Of a stretch of DNA of 64,000 nucleotides, positions 32,201 to 41,257 are shown one piece after another. This DNA comes from a virus (Duplodnaviria > Caudoviricetes), in the IMG/VR virus record IMGVR_UViG_2871105481_000001, positions 8,249 through 72,248 of that record. The stretch is one strand, 5' to 3'. Under the pieces are notes generated by a model. That model searched no databases. It saw nothing but the letters and a program-made list of their open reading frames with translations, and was not told the DNA's origin. A program made the position numbers and the translations under genes. The first letter of the stretch is position 1. Each line of letters begins with the position of its first letter.

Positions 32201-32828
32201 CTCCATCTTTGTATTTATATCTGTAAGCAAACGCAACGAATCGGTCTTTGTCAACATCACTTACAGTATTACTATTTTTACTCTTATTTTTTATTATAGG
32301 AGCATCATATGGAGGTTTCTTGATTAAGGTAATATCATCAATTGTAAAACCATTATAATAATCTTCTAATCGGCTTAAATTAATTACTCTTGGGTATTCC
32401 CAAACTTCATTACTAAAAATAAGTAAGTCGCCAATTTGATTAATACTTAATAAAAATTTTAAAGGGAAAATTTCAGCTCCTTCTTTCCAACGAATTAGAT
32501 CAAATCTTAGAACTTGAGTATCTTCAATAATTAATCTACTGTTACCTGAAATAATATCATATTCAATAATCTTACTCAATCCGGTTTTAGCTGCTAAGAA
32601 ATAAAATAATTTATCATTAAAGCCTTTATAAGATCCAATCAAAACCATTTCTTCATTAGAAAAATCACTAATTTTTAATGATGATTTTATTGACTTAAAA
32701 GCTCCGTTATCTCCTTCGCCTGATAAACGCAAATTCTCCGCTCTTACATAGCCTTTATTATCAGTAAAAGTAGGATGAACATCACTATCCATCCTACCTT
32801 GTGTAAAAATATTTTGTATTGTTGGCAT
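29274..32828 (-). CDS. Tail muzzle/stabilisation protein
   Basis: 1184 aa; IFTQGRMDSD..GYVRAEN N-terminus, FAYRYKYKDG, SQELVGNRLVYYNY, GGIFN, YGISYNPES as in crAss-type muzzle proteins. Confidence 0.7.
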   Translation of the reverse strand: MPTIQNIFTQGRMDSDVHPTFTDNKGYVRAENLRLSGEGDNGAFKSIKSSLKISDFSNEEMVLIGSYKGFNDKLFYFLAAKTGLSKIIEYDIISGNSRLIIEDTQVLRFDLIRWKEGAEIFPLKFLLSINQIGDLLIFSNEVWEYPRVINLSRLEDYYNGFTIDDITLIKKPPYDAPIIKNKSKNSNTVSDVDKDRFVAFAYRYKYKDGDYTPLSFYSDCSFETDGTFEVDEDRLNKAMVNKFNKLQLSINSGGHNVTDVEVYAREQLSNTAYRIYNVNKKKASINDDSEILVDYSYSSNYEVLTDDETKYIYSNMPRFPKSQELVGNRLVYYNYKEDRDLKDINGDDIDVYYYVGVKNTPYSSSIKNNTAVSLFKYKIGVIFYNDYNERTSILLPQNENVSEATIGFEDKNTINSLFVKMVSNAPSWATKAKFAVLSQKLNYENIYITYARKVGNKIFLSITGDNINRIRKDDVIIRSDSSVYKEYKVSEVQQYGIKDGVVRDGVYAVIEVDDSFILTANGVDIPSKVNESGWRTIDAVQQSTNPKRYDATSFYSGQIGSIIYNSTNNRADFLKSDYGVIKEGDLFSFSVDFHYGRTGDEYGSINISEQIFATKEYPSIYELLKDNLKTPFLNVVGNNTLNEVSLFTNSNFPDYVKEQIPRMYNWAVNSTAVPPEYAEVKVRSEVKLQRGIIPISFRTKNKEELNNIYYPTYKTYKVENGNIIPDRIEAGMPTFDIEFYNGYCWGNGIESYKIKDQFNGKKLENSFHPNSVLLRGYKEVHRKNDISYGGIFNYELGINNLPVFNSTLANWKTLPIKYGEGQRIISTDSDLVVFNPNKIFRVLFGKSVILDLRGNESLATTNDVLGDIIELDYDYGISYNPESIAVNSNILYFTDKNKTRILALSGNQIVEVNGQNCGVFKETIDLLKSNSTFIGTYDEAHDEYVLGFNNKLTYSFNQNYKGFSHIMTYNFDYLHGTNGKLFQSYKGVLYEAEKGNDYSLFANQGTKTGKLKYYVNVEMNTDIIYQAHSLQSNVSWNTSFKTNLTESNIPESNYKYKESFYYTEIYRDTIGINNAQGVGEISHVNGNEVTFNYMPDGINVGDDLNIEGNISSAITNINGNTITVSNNTGFIIGQFAFTTPQRTLEYNPNGSPMRGKWLEVELSKTSNEYVYIASTTTEVKKSYL

Positions 32829-33619
32829 TATCGTGATTTCATTAGAAGTATAGAATCAATATCTGCCATAGAAAGTCCATTTTGACTTTTGCTTAAAACA
32901 TTCCTAGCACTTTTGAATTCTTTCTTAAATGCTTGAGAAATACTTAATGTATCCTGTCCTCCTTCTAATAATTTATATTTTGTGTAATAAACCAATGCAT
33001 CTTCATATTCATCCGGAATATTGATTGCACATTCATCAATATCATTAATTTTATTGCTTACATATTCTATGATCACATTTTGCTCTTCAAGATCAGCACT
33101 AAATTCAAAGTATTCATCTCTAACTGAAATCGTACTATTAGAATATTTAACTAAATCATCTAATAAAGATCTTAATGGTTCTGGTACATATTTACCTTTA
33201 CCACAGCATACTTCACATGATATATCTTTAATTTTATTATCAACAGAATTACAACTAATACATTCCTGGTATAAGTCTGTTCCATCGCAATCTGTTAAAA
33301 TTGATCCGTCACAGTCAATTAGGAAATTGAAAATGGTTTCTGGTAATGTTAAATCTTTAGCTAATTCAATAGTTTTACCATCACAATTAATGATATAAGC
33401 ACGAATAAATCTAAGATAATCTTGTGGTTTATATAATTTACAAGAAGATGGTACTGTACCATTCATCCCTACTATACTCCTACCAAATGTCAGATTTAAT
33501 TTCTTAAGTGCTTCTTTAAAGTACTTTGTCATCATGAATCTAGTCTTAACTCTAAATAAGCTATCTGGAGTTTGGGATTCTAATTCAAGTTCATCAATTA
33601 AATCTTTCAGTGTAGGCAT
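32828..33619 (-). CDS. Tail ring/adaptor protein
   Basis: 263 aa; KPQDYLRFIR and EDALVYY motifs; directly upstream of the muzzle gene. Confidence 0.55.
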   Translation of the reverse strand: MPTLKDLIDELELESQTPDSLFRVKTRFMMTKYFKEALKKLNLTFGRSIVGMNGTVPSSCKLYKPQDYLRFIRAYIINCDGKTIELAKDLTLPETIFNFLIDCDGSILTDCDGTDLYQECISCNSVDNKIKDISCEVCCGKGKYVPEPLRSLLDDLVKYSNSTISVRDEYFEFSADLEEQNVIIEYVSNKINDIDECAINIPDEYEDALVYYTKYKLLEGGQDTLSISQAFKKEFKSARNVLSKSQNGLSMADIDSILLMKSR

Positions 33620-33621
33620 AG

Positions 33622-33822
33622 TTATTTTTTCATTTTATCCATCCAGTTACAATAATCTGCATGTGTTACTTCACGTTTTCTATCTTCATAACATGGAATG
33701 TTTTCATTATCTTTATTAGTTTGTTTTATAGAATTTTCTCTTTCTTCAGAAAGCAAGTAGTTACCAAATGAAACTAAGTCTTTCTTATTAAAATTAATTA
33801 CCATTATTCTTGAATTTTTCAA
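33622..33822 (-). CDS. Small hypothetical phage protein
   Basis: 66 aa (KDLVSFGNYLLSEER...VTHADYCNW); co-oriented and tightly packed. Confidence 0.55.
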   Translation of the reverse strand: MKNSRIMVINFNKKDLVSFGNYLLSEERENSIKQTNKDNENIPCYEDRKREVTHADYCNWMDKMKK

Positions 33823-33867
33823 TGGTTTATTCCTACTCTATAAGCTTTTCGGATTCCGCTATATTTG

Positions 33868-33938
33868 CACGCCTGAAAAGATTCGAACTCTTACTAAATG
33901 GTTTGGAATCATTTGTGCTACCATTACACTACAGACGC
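33868..33938 (-). tRNA. trnW: tRNA-Trp (CCA), no encoded CCA end
   Basis: Reverse complement folds: acceptor GCGTCTG/CAGGCGT, D stem GTGT/GCAC, loop TT-CCA-AA, T arm AAGAG-TTCGAAT-CTTTT, G73. One A31-C39 mismatch. Confidence 0.8.
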
Positions 33939-33939
33939 A

Positions 33940-34623
33940 TTATTGATTATTATACATTTCTTCTTGCTTTAATCCATTAGCATAAGCTTCTACCTCTTGC
34001 TCTCTAACATTCAATCCAGCCATTGATAAAACTTCAGTAAGTAACTGTGTAAATAATGCTTCTGGAATATCAATATCCTGGAAGTCTGTTGCAGAAGGAT
34101 TAAACATTTCAATGCCTTGAACAATATGAAATGTGTATTTTGGTGTTTTAGTTTTTCGAATGTAATCTAACTCTACACTTGTTTTATTAGAAGATATTCT
34201 AACTTCATTATTATTGAGTGTGAATACAGGTAAACATTGGCTTGGGCGCATTCTTTTAGTCCTACTCAAACTATTGAATGTTTTAAGCTCAACCTTTTCA
34301 TACTCATTATCACTATCGAAAACTGACTCAACATATAAAACATCTGGTGGTAATTGCGCCTTACCACCATTAATGTTTATTTCTTTACTGGTTACATAGA
34401 ACTCTATTAATTGTTTTTGTGTAAACGCATCATTACCATAATTGTTAGCCAACTGCATTCTCATTTCTCTGTAACTTGTTTTCTTAAATACAGAGAATAA
34501 TTCTGAAACAACTTTTAACTGAGCATTTCCAACAATGCTGTTAAACTCCATTACAGTTATTTTACCACGCTGGTCTTTGTTTAACAAAACATTTATTAGA
34601 GTATATAACCGATCTATGTACAT
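33940..34623 (-). CDS. Head-tail connector/ring protein
   Basis: LINVLLNKDQRGKIT.MEFN...NAQL N-terminus, YIRKTKTPKYTF and LSMAGLNVRE as in crAss-type ring proteins. Confidence 0.65.
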   Translation of the reverse strand: MYIDRLYTLINVLLNKDQRGKITVMEFNSIVGNAQLKVVSELFSVFKKTSYREMRMQLANNYGNDAFTQKQLIEFYVTSKEININGGKAQLPPDVLYVESVFDSDNEYEKVELKTFNSLSRTKRMRPSQCLPVFTLNNNEVRISSNKTSVELDYIRKTKTPKYTFHIVQGIEMFNPSATDFQDIDIPEALFTQLLTEVLSMAGLNVREQEVEAYANGLKQEEMYNNQ

Positions 34624-35363
34624 TACTTATCAGCCTTGTCTGTAGCTGTTGTTTTTTTAGTAGTTACTTTTTCAATAGTATCTTCGCGCATCTGTTCAGC
34701 TAGAACTGTAGCTACTTTTTTACCTTCAGTCGTTTTTAAGAAATCTACCATTTCTTCAACAGGAGTTTTACCTCTTGGAATTGTAGTTATTAACTCATTA
34801 TTAGATTTCCATCTAACTTCAGATCCGGCAACATCTTGAATAATGATTTCTTTTGCAAACGCAACTGTTACAAAAAGTTTTTCCTTATTTTCAGATTCAT
34901 CTAACATCTTGTTGATTTTATCTGGATCTTCTTGTACTTCATTTACAATATTCAATCTTAATACAGGAATACCTTGTTGCAGAGCTGAGAAGCCAAATAA
35001 CTCAATACCTAAAGCTCTAAGATTTACTTCATCAAGCTTAAACACTTTATCAAGTACTTGGCTTGCATTTTCAACTGCTTCAAGATGTGCAACTGCATTA
35101 GCTTCTGGATCATAAACTTTAATTAAATCACCAAATCTAGGGTGACCTTCAAGCCATTTTTGTTCAACAGGATTACTGAATGACATGATTTGAGAATTCA
35201 CATAGATTCTTTGTCCTTTTGCTTCCTTTTCCTGTTTTTTATATTCGAGTTCTGAATCATCTTCAACAAGCCTGATCTTCACTCTCTCTTTATTTACATA
35301 AACTGGATTTAAATGAGCTTTCCAATATTCACTATCGAAAATGTATGTTTTAGTTTCTGACAT
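34623..35363 (-). CDS. Conserved structural protein following the capsid gene
   Basis: 246 aa, LEGHP...YDPEANA motif, position directly after MCP. Confidence 0.5.
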   Translation of the reverse strand: MSETKTYIFDSEYWKAHLNPVYVNKERVKIRLVEDDSELEYKKQEKEAKGQRIYVNSQIMSFSNPVEQKWLEGHPRFGDLIKVYDPEANAVAHLEAVENASQVLDKVFKLDEVNLRALGIELFGFSALQQGIPVLRLNIVNEVQEDPDKINKMLDESENKEKLFVTVAFAKEIIIQDVAGSEVRWKSNNELITTIPRGKTPVEEMVDFLKTTEGKKVATVLAEQMREDTIEKVTTKKTTATDKADK

Positions 35364-35383
35364 ATTTAGGTTATGTGTTTAAA

Positions 35384-35410
35384 ATCAAGCAGGGATTTCT
35401 CCCTACTTGA
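35384..35410 (-). terminator. Imperfect hairpin after the capsid gene
   Basis: TCAAG(c)AGGGA-ttt-(c)TCCCT(a)CTTGA in the 65-nt gap after the MCP stop. Confidence 0.5.
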
Positions 35411-35428
35411 CTGTATTTAAAATGATTA

Positions 35429-36799
35429 TTAGTTAATACCTACGATGAATTTCTCAGGGAAGAAGATAACTGGTGCAAACTTGTTCACATATTCAATTTT
35501 GAACTTGTCACAATTTGCAATTCCATTATCAACTCTTAGGTTTTTATAAACCTTTCTTTCGTTTCCGAACCATGCAATGTTAGCATAACCAACTTCAAAT
35601 GATTGACCTCCTACTGTTCTTTTTAATTTACCCATTGGAGTAATTAAGAAGTTGTATTTTTTAGCAAGATTTTGTGATGCATGTTTACCTGTAAATGCAT
35701 TCCATTTAGTGAAAATCAACTTAACTCCATTAACATCAATTCCTTTGTATCCTAGATACATAAGATCATTTTGATGATTTACAAATGGATCCCACTGATA
35801 ATTAGTTCTTGGAAGCAAATCCATTAATGCCGTATACTGTTCCGGAGTACAGTGAAGTGCTGCTTCATATACACCTTCTTTTTCAAGCAATGCTGCGATA
35901 TCAGATAGATCAGAAATTGCAGTAATTTTACCCTGGAATTTAGTTGCTCTGTTATCTAAGATTTGGAAGATACCCATTGTTCCTCTTGGTGAACCTTTTG
36001 CAGTAGCCTGAGCTGCTGTAAGTCTTCTTGCAAAGGCAAGTGCATTATCAGTCATATCAGATAGTTCAGTCATTTTTCTATCAAGATTTGTATCTAACCA
36101 ATATTCACCATCTTTGGTTTTATATGGCTCATAAGATCCACCTCCTGTTGCAATAACTTCTTCATCACACCATTCAAGACAAACTCCTGTTTTGAAGAAA
36201 GATTGTTCTCTTGCAGGAGAATAATCTTTATATCCAATACATGGAGGACATTCACAATGATCTAAGTTGTAACCTGTAAAGATGATTTCAAGATCAACTA
36301 AAGCAATGTCCCAATCTGTATCTGTATCAACTCTATCGGCTGTAATTACAGTACTGTCAGCATTAATTGCAGTAATTTTTCCATAGTTCATTTTTCCAGT
36401 GGCATCGATTGCCATAAACTCCATTCCTACTTCTACAATAAATTGAAGTTTTGTAGGTCTACTGGAATCAAAATCATATGGATCAGTAGGAATTTTAGTA
36501 GCATCGATTGAAAAATCTTTTGCTGTTCTTTTTACTACCTTTCCTGTGATTGATAAAGGAATATTAGTTCCTTCAGATTCGTTATATCTGAACTGATCAA
36601 TTGCTACAGTGATTTCATTTCCTTGTGCTAATAAGAAACCTAAATAGGTGTTCTTAGCTATTTCTGGCAACACTACTTCACCAATAAATTCTGGTGCGGT
36701 AGCTGCTGCAATTTCCATAGAAGATACTAGAGGTTTTCTTCCTCCTGTACTCTTCTGTAAAAGATATTGTTTATCTACTGTTGGATTTACGATTGGCAT
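35429..36799 (-). CDS. Major capsid protein
   Basis: 456 aa, follows an acidic scaffold-like gene and is followed by a hairpin; RGTMGIF segment. Positional and size inference. Confidence 0.7.
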   Translation of the reverse strand: MPIVNPTVDKQYLLQKSTGGRKPLVSSMEIAAATAPEFIGEVVLPEIAKNTYLGFLLAQGNEITVAIDQFRYNESEGTNIPLSITGKVVKRTAKDFSIDATKIPTDPYDFDSSRPTKLQFIVEVGMEFMAIDATGKMNYGKITAINADSTVITADRVDTDTDWDIALVDLEIIFTGYNLDHCECPPCIGYKDYSPAREQSFFKTGVCLEWCDEEVIATGGGSYEPYKTKDGEYWLDTNLDRKMTELSDMTDNALAFARRLTAAQATAKGSPRGTMGIFQILDNRATKFQGKITAISDLSDIAALLEKEGVYEAALHCTPEQYTALMDLLPRTNYQWDPFVNHQNDLMYLGYKGIDVNGVKLIFTKWNAFTGKHASQNLAKKYNFLITPMGKLKRTVGGQSFEVGYANIAWFGNERKVYKNLRVDNGIANCDKFKIEYVNKFAPVIFFPEKFIVGIN

Positions 36800-36829
36800 T
36801 TTTAATTTGTGTTTTTGGTTTTTAGTTTT

Positions 36830-37918
36830 CTATTTTAGAATCGACTTATGAGCGCCATGTCGTAGACCTTCAAGTTCTTCTCTTGGATTTGAATTTTGAG
36901 TAGTAACCTCACGATTATTGAATGAAATATTTCTTTGTGCTTTATCACGTTGTTCCATTCCAGCAGCAACTCCTTGTTCATAAATGAAATCAAATACTTG
37001 TTGCTTAAACTGTGGACTTCTCCATGCTGCAAAGTCTTCGTATAACGATTTTGCATTTGTTACTTGAGTATAGTCAGCATTGAAATAGTCCTTAACTGTT
37101 TCGCTGATATTCTCAACAAATGGTCTTATACTTGATTTAACTTCATCTTCCATCGTGAAAAAAACTGTCTTACCTCCAATATTCAATGGAATATCAGACA
37201 CTTCTTTTTCTACTTTATAAATTTCATTGAGATAGTTTGCACGAACTTCTTGTGCATATACTTGTTGTTGTTTAATCAAATCATCATTTGATAAATTATT
37301 ATCTGATTGTGAATTTGATTCAAACGATAATTCTGAATTAACTTTTTCAGTATGAAAAGCTTTTGCTTTGGCTAATAGTTCCTCACGTTTAGCCTGCTTC
37401 TCTAAGTTTCGTTCATTAATCTGATCGATGTCTTTCTGCGAAACTTCTCCAAAGTCATCATCAAAATCTTCATCAGACATTTCAGGGACTTGTTCTAAAG
37501 TCATCCTCTTCATTTCCAATTCGATCCCAGCCTTTTGTTTTCCTTCTTTTTCAGAAAGATATTGGCGAATTAAATCGTCTTCAGGAATTGAATTAATGTC
37601 TTTTGTAAGTTCGTAAAAGTCGTTAACGTTTTTAGACGGGTTTTTTTTAAGAAAATTATTAATCTTTGCAACTTCTTCAGAAGCAAATACATCTTCGTTT
37701 TTTGACCCGTTTCTGTTATCGACAGGAGCAATATTAACTTGAGAGTCTACTTCTTGTGTAGAATTAATTTGAGGAGCTACCTCATTGTCTACATTTGAAG
37801 GCTCAATATTTTGTTCAACTGTTTGTTCTGTTTGATTATCAACTGAAGTAACTTGCGAATCAACCTCTGAATGCTGACTTGCTTGTTCTTGCAATAATGT
37901 TTTTAATCGTTCACTCAT
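36830..37918 (-). CDS. Scaffolding-like protein
   Basis: Acidic low-complexity N-terminus, helical C-terminus (YEQGVAAG..QRDK), immediately upstream of MCP. Confidence 0.6.
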   Translation of the reverse strand: MSERLKTLLQEQASQHSEVDSQVTSVDNQTEQTVEQNIEPSNVDNEVAPQINSTQEVDSQVNIAPVDNRNGSKNEDVFASEEVAKINNFLKKNPSKNVNDFYELTKDINSIPEDDLIRQYLSEKEGKQKAGIELEMKRMTLEQVPEMSDEDFDDDFGEVSQKDIDQINERNLEKQAKREELLAKAKAFHTEKVNSELSFESNSQSDNNLSNDDLIKQQQVYAQEVRANYLNEIYKVEKEVSDIPLNIGGKTVFFTMEDEVKSSIRPFVENISETVKDYFNADYTQVTNAKSLYEDFAAWRSPQFKQQVFDFIYEQGVAAGMEQRDKAQRNISFNNREVTTQNSNPREELEGLRHGAHKSILK

Positions 37919-38449
37919 AATTTAGGTTTATGGATTTACCCCAAAATACAAGCACACATTCCCTAAACAGGATTTGCTAAAACGATTTACTTGAGCCTAC
38001 ATGTTTTTACTTTAAATGTTAATATTTACGTTAAATGCAAATTTTTATTTTGATATTAATTTTTTTTTATTTATTTTTTCTAATATGAACTATATACTCG
38101 TATATCTAAAGATATACTCGTACCTACTGCGTACGTTTCTCTACCGCAATATTTCCCCATTTTATTTCGCTCGCTACGCTCACTCATAAAATAGAAAAAT
38201 ATTGCTCGTTCGATCAAAAAATAAAAATCTTATTTAGAATAAGTATTATTGATTATCAGCTAGTTATGAAAACTAGTAAATAAATGTTCATTACAGAATT
38301 ATTTGTGAAAAACGCAAAAACAACATTCTAACTCCCTATCGACCGAATTTACCATTAAGTAAAATGCAATCCGCAACTTTATAAAAAACAATGAAGACGA
38401 GACTAAATAACGTTTAATGTAATTTAATTTGCTTTTTGAGTATTTTTAA

Positions 38450-38481
38450 TTTGCTTTTAAAGTAATTTTATCGTAAATTTG
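38450..38481 (+). promoter_or_regulatory. Bacteroidota sigma-70-type promoter (-33 TTTG, -7 TAAATTTG)
   Basis: TTTG 38450-38453, 20-nt spacer, TAAATTTG 38474-38481, 20 nt before the start at 38502. Confidence 0.7.
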
Positions 38482-38501
38482 TGTATATCAAACGATGAAA
38501 A

Positions 38502-38957
38502 TTGGCAACACACGAAGAAATAGAAAAAATACTTTATGAACCTGTAAGAGAAATGACTTTTGGTTCTTATTCAGAAATGCGCAAAGCAGGGTGGAATAAA
38601 AAAGAATTAGTCTCTTTTATCAAAAATGTAATGTCAGCATTTGAAGAAGCAGTTTTAGAAGGGCACTCAATTTCTTTTAAAGAATATGCAGTAATTGAAA
38701 GGCGACCAAAATATGCAGGTGGATATAGAATTGGAAACTGGTTTAAGAAAGATACATACAGACTAGGATTATATGCCACCAAAGTTGCAAAAGTTCGTTC
38801 TGAAATGAGAAAGTTGTTTGAACGTGATATGCAAGCCGGAATTCAGCCAGACAACATGCCATTATACATTGCTAAATGGAAAGAAAGAGAAGCTCTTAGA
38901 AAACTAGAAAAAGAAAAATTGGAAAGTGATGATTCCAAGAAAGAAGAAGATCTGTAA
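38502..38957 (+). CDS. Hypothetical protein, weakly HU/IHF-like
   Basis: TTG start; EAVLEGHSISFKEYAVIERRPK loosely resembles the HU beta-arm entry. Confidence 0.35.
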   Translation: MATHEEIEKILYEPVREMTFGSYSEMRKAGWNKKELVSFIKNVMSAFEEAVLEGHSISFKEYAVIERRPKYAGGYRIGNWFKKDTYRLGLYATKVAKVRSEMRKLFERDMQAGIQPDNMPLYIAKWKEREALRKLEKEKLESDDSKKEEDL

Positions 38958-39312
38958 AAGTTGTGAAACTGAAAAATATCTTTTTGGAAAAGGATTATGT
39001 AAACCGTGTTACTTACGTATAAATAACAAGCCGATAAATAAAATATCCCAAAAACACAAAGAACTATTAAGTGAGTACACGGTTATACGTAAAGAGTTTT
39101 TAGAAAGCTGTAATTATATATGTAAACCTAATCTAGAAAACTGCACAAGAAAAGCAACCGAAGTACATCACATGAAAGGAAAAGTATCTAAAGAACTTTA
39201 TTTAAATCCAAAATACTTTCTTCCAACTTGTTCATCATGTCATAAATATATAGAGGAACATCCAGAATTTGCTTATGAAAATGGATTCTCAATTAAAAGA
39301 AACATAAAATAA
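38929..39312 (+). CDS. HNH endonuclease with N-terminal Zn finger
   Basis: CxxC...CxxC, then ATEVHHMKGK...LPTCSSCH. Confidence 0.8.
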   Translation: MIPRKKKICKSCETEKYLFGKGLCKPCYLRINNKPINKISQKHKELLSEYTVIRKEFLESCNYICKPNLENCTRKATEVHHMKGKVSKELYLNPKYFLPTCSSCHKYIEEHPEFAYENGFSIKRNIK

Positions 39313-39313
39313 A

Positions 39314-39387
39314 GGCTATTTAACTCAGTTGGTAAGAGTGCTGTTCTCATAAAACAGAGGTCATAGGTTCGAATCCTATAATAGCCA
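39314..39387 (+). tRNA. trnM: tRNA-Met (CAT; elongator type, Ile2 not excluded)
   Basis: GGCTATT/AATAGCC acceptor, CTGTT-CT CAT AA-AACAG anticodon arm, ATAGG-TTCGAAT-CCTAT T arm, A73. Confidence 0.85.
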
Positions 39388-39650
39388 CATAAATTAACCA
39401 CCACACGTATAGTTGTTTAGTTATAAGCCAGTCTTACAAAGTTGTTTTCATAGTTTTTTCATATTTATTATTTGGTTTTTAAAGTGTGGTGGTATTTTTT
39501 TTTAATCAATTATCCATTATTATTCTCTTCGTGCAAGAGTGAGTTAATTTAAAAACAATATAGGGTGCTAAATGCTGCACAAGGGTGAACTTACCATATG
39601 TCACATCCTATTTACCAAGCTGATAATAATGGATTTTAAAATAACACCTT

Positions 39651-39944
39651 ATGAAAAAAGTAGTAGAAATTATTACAGCATATTATCGCCTACTTATATT
39701 AAAACTGTTTGGTGGAATAACTGTAGAAGAAAAATTAGAACAACAAAGAAGACTTGAAATTTGTGAAACATGCCTTTTAAGAAGTAAAAATTGGTGTGAC
39801 AGCAAAAAGACAATTGTCATGATTGATGAAGAAAAGTCAAAGAATAATATTAGACATCTGAAAAATGTAACTGGATGTGGATGTTACTTACCTGCAAAAG
39901 CTTTAGTAGAATCAAAAGAAGAATGTCCGTTAAATAAATGGTAA
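39651..39944 (+). CDS. Cys-rich hypothetical protein
   Basis: RLEICETC...C...CGC...K...CPLNKW metal-binding pattern. Confidence 0.6.
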   Translation: MKKVVEIITAYYRLLILKLFGGITVEEKLEQQRRLEICETCLLRSKNWCDSKKTIVMIDEEKSKNNIRHLKNVTGCGCYLPAKALVESKEECPLNKW

Positions 39945-39945
39945 T

Positions 39946-40464
39946 ATGAACTTTGTAGAAAATGTATATCAATATTTATTCTATTCTCCAGAAGAAATAA
40001 AATTCAACTGGTATCAAGATGATGTACTTTACTTTAATGGTTTCAAATTCCATAGTGATAAAGTTGAATATATGAATATTTACACTTTTGATACTAAGGA
40101 CTATTACAACCCTGAGTACTTAGATGTAACCTTTGCGTTCACAAAGTATAAGAAAAAAGTAAACCCATACCACTTAACCCATATAATTAATGATTGCTTG
40201 AAAAAGTATCATAGAGAATCTGAATTTACTGAAAACCACACCCCAATCCTGAATAACTTCAATGAACAATTCAAACCAAAACGTCATTACCAAATCAATA
40301 AACACAGAGGAAGACACCTCAAGTTTATTACAAGCGACAGGGATTTCATTCACAGATGGTGGAATAATATACTTTGTAGAGCCATTGAAGAAAGATTGTA
40401 TTCTTCGCCCTTTGTCGGACATTTTAATGAAAGACCTAATTCTATGTTTTTCCCATTTTCGTAA
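39946..40464 (+). CDS. Hypothetical protein
   Basis: 172-aa ORF, ATG 1 nt after the upstream stop. Confidence 0.55.
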   Translation: MNFVENVYQYLFYSPEEIKFNWYQDDVLYFNGFKFHSDKVEYMNIYTFDTKDYYNPEYLDVTFAFTKYKKKVNPYHLTHIINDCLKKYHRESEFTENHTPILNNFNEQFKPKRHYQINKHRGRHLKFITSDRDFIHRWWNNILCRAIEERLYSSPFVGHFNERPNSMFFPFS

Positions 40465-40601
40465 AGGCGAAACTCAAATAAAGTTTAAAACTAATGATTT
40501 CGCAACAAGAACATACAAAGATCTTATTGATCATGATATAAATAACGAACAGTTACAAAATAGCATTTATAAACCAGGAGAATTTATAGCAGAAATTTAC
40601 C

Positions 40602-41246
40602 ATGAATTCTAACTTCAGTCGTAAAATATGGTGGAAAATACAACGTCATAATAACGGCATTGAGAAAAAGAAATTTGAAGTTGTAAATAAAAATGGTGTT
40701 AAGAAATATAATTTTCTTATTGGTGAAAGCGAACAAGTTAAAAATATCATTAATGAAAGGCTTAATGAACTTGGATGGACGTTTCCTTACTTTCAAAGTC
40801 AGATGTACAAAAAATACCGGACACTTAAAAAAGATAGTGAAAGGTACTTAAAAGGAGAAATGTCAATTCCATTATTTGAATTCTTTAATATGATGGAAGT
40901 TTTAAACATTGAAATTTCTTTAAAACCAAAAGATAACTTATTCACTTCATCCTATGAAAGAGGTATAGTTATTATTAACCGCAATTATTTTCCAAGATTC
41001 TACTTATCATTTCCATTAAAAAAAGTAACTGACTTTCATGTACACTTTCAAGATAATTTAGAAGAAAACATTAAGAATAAATCTCTTGAATACTATACAG
41101 TAATGCATGAAGCTATACGCTGGTATTTCACTGGTAAAAAGAATGTATACAAGCCTATGGAACTTAAAAGAGAATTTATGAAACAATATTTCAAGAATGA
41201 TCAAAATATATTATTTGATACAAAAGAAATTGACAGAACAAAATAA
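40602..41246 (+). CDS. Hypothetical protein (possible HTH)
   Basis: 214 aa; INERLNELGWTF..FQSQM...YLKGEMSIPL resembles an XRE-like helix pattern. Confidence 0.45.
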   Translation: MNSNFSRKIWWKIQRHNNGIEKKKFEVVNKNGVKKYNFLIGESEQVKNIINERLNELGWTFPYFQSQMYKKYRTLKKDSERYLKGEMSIPLFEFFNMMEVLNIEISLKPKDNLFTSSYERGIVIINRNYFPRFYLSFPLKKVTDFHVHFQDNLEENIKNKSLEYYTVMHEAIRWYFTGKKNVYKPMELKREFMKQYFKNDQNILFDTKEIDRTK

Positions 41247-41257
41247 AATATTACAAA

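Noticed and set aside
15829-37932. TTTAGGTT(T)ATG motif at 15829, about 35366 and 37921 as a late-promoter box
   Set aside because: Only three short AT-rich occurrences with inconsistent position relative to starts; not distinguishable from A-rich initiation context or chance.
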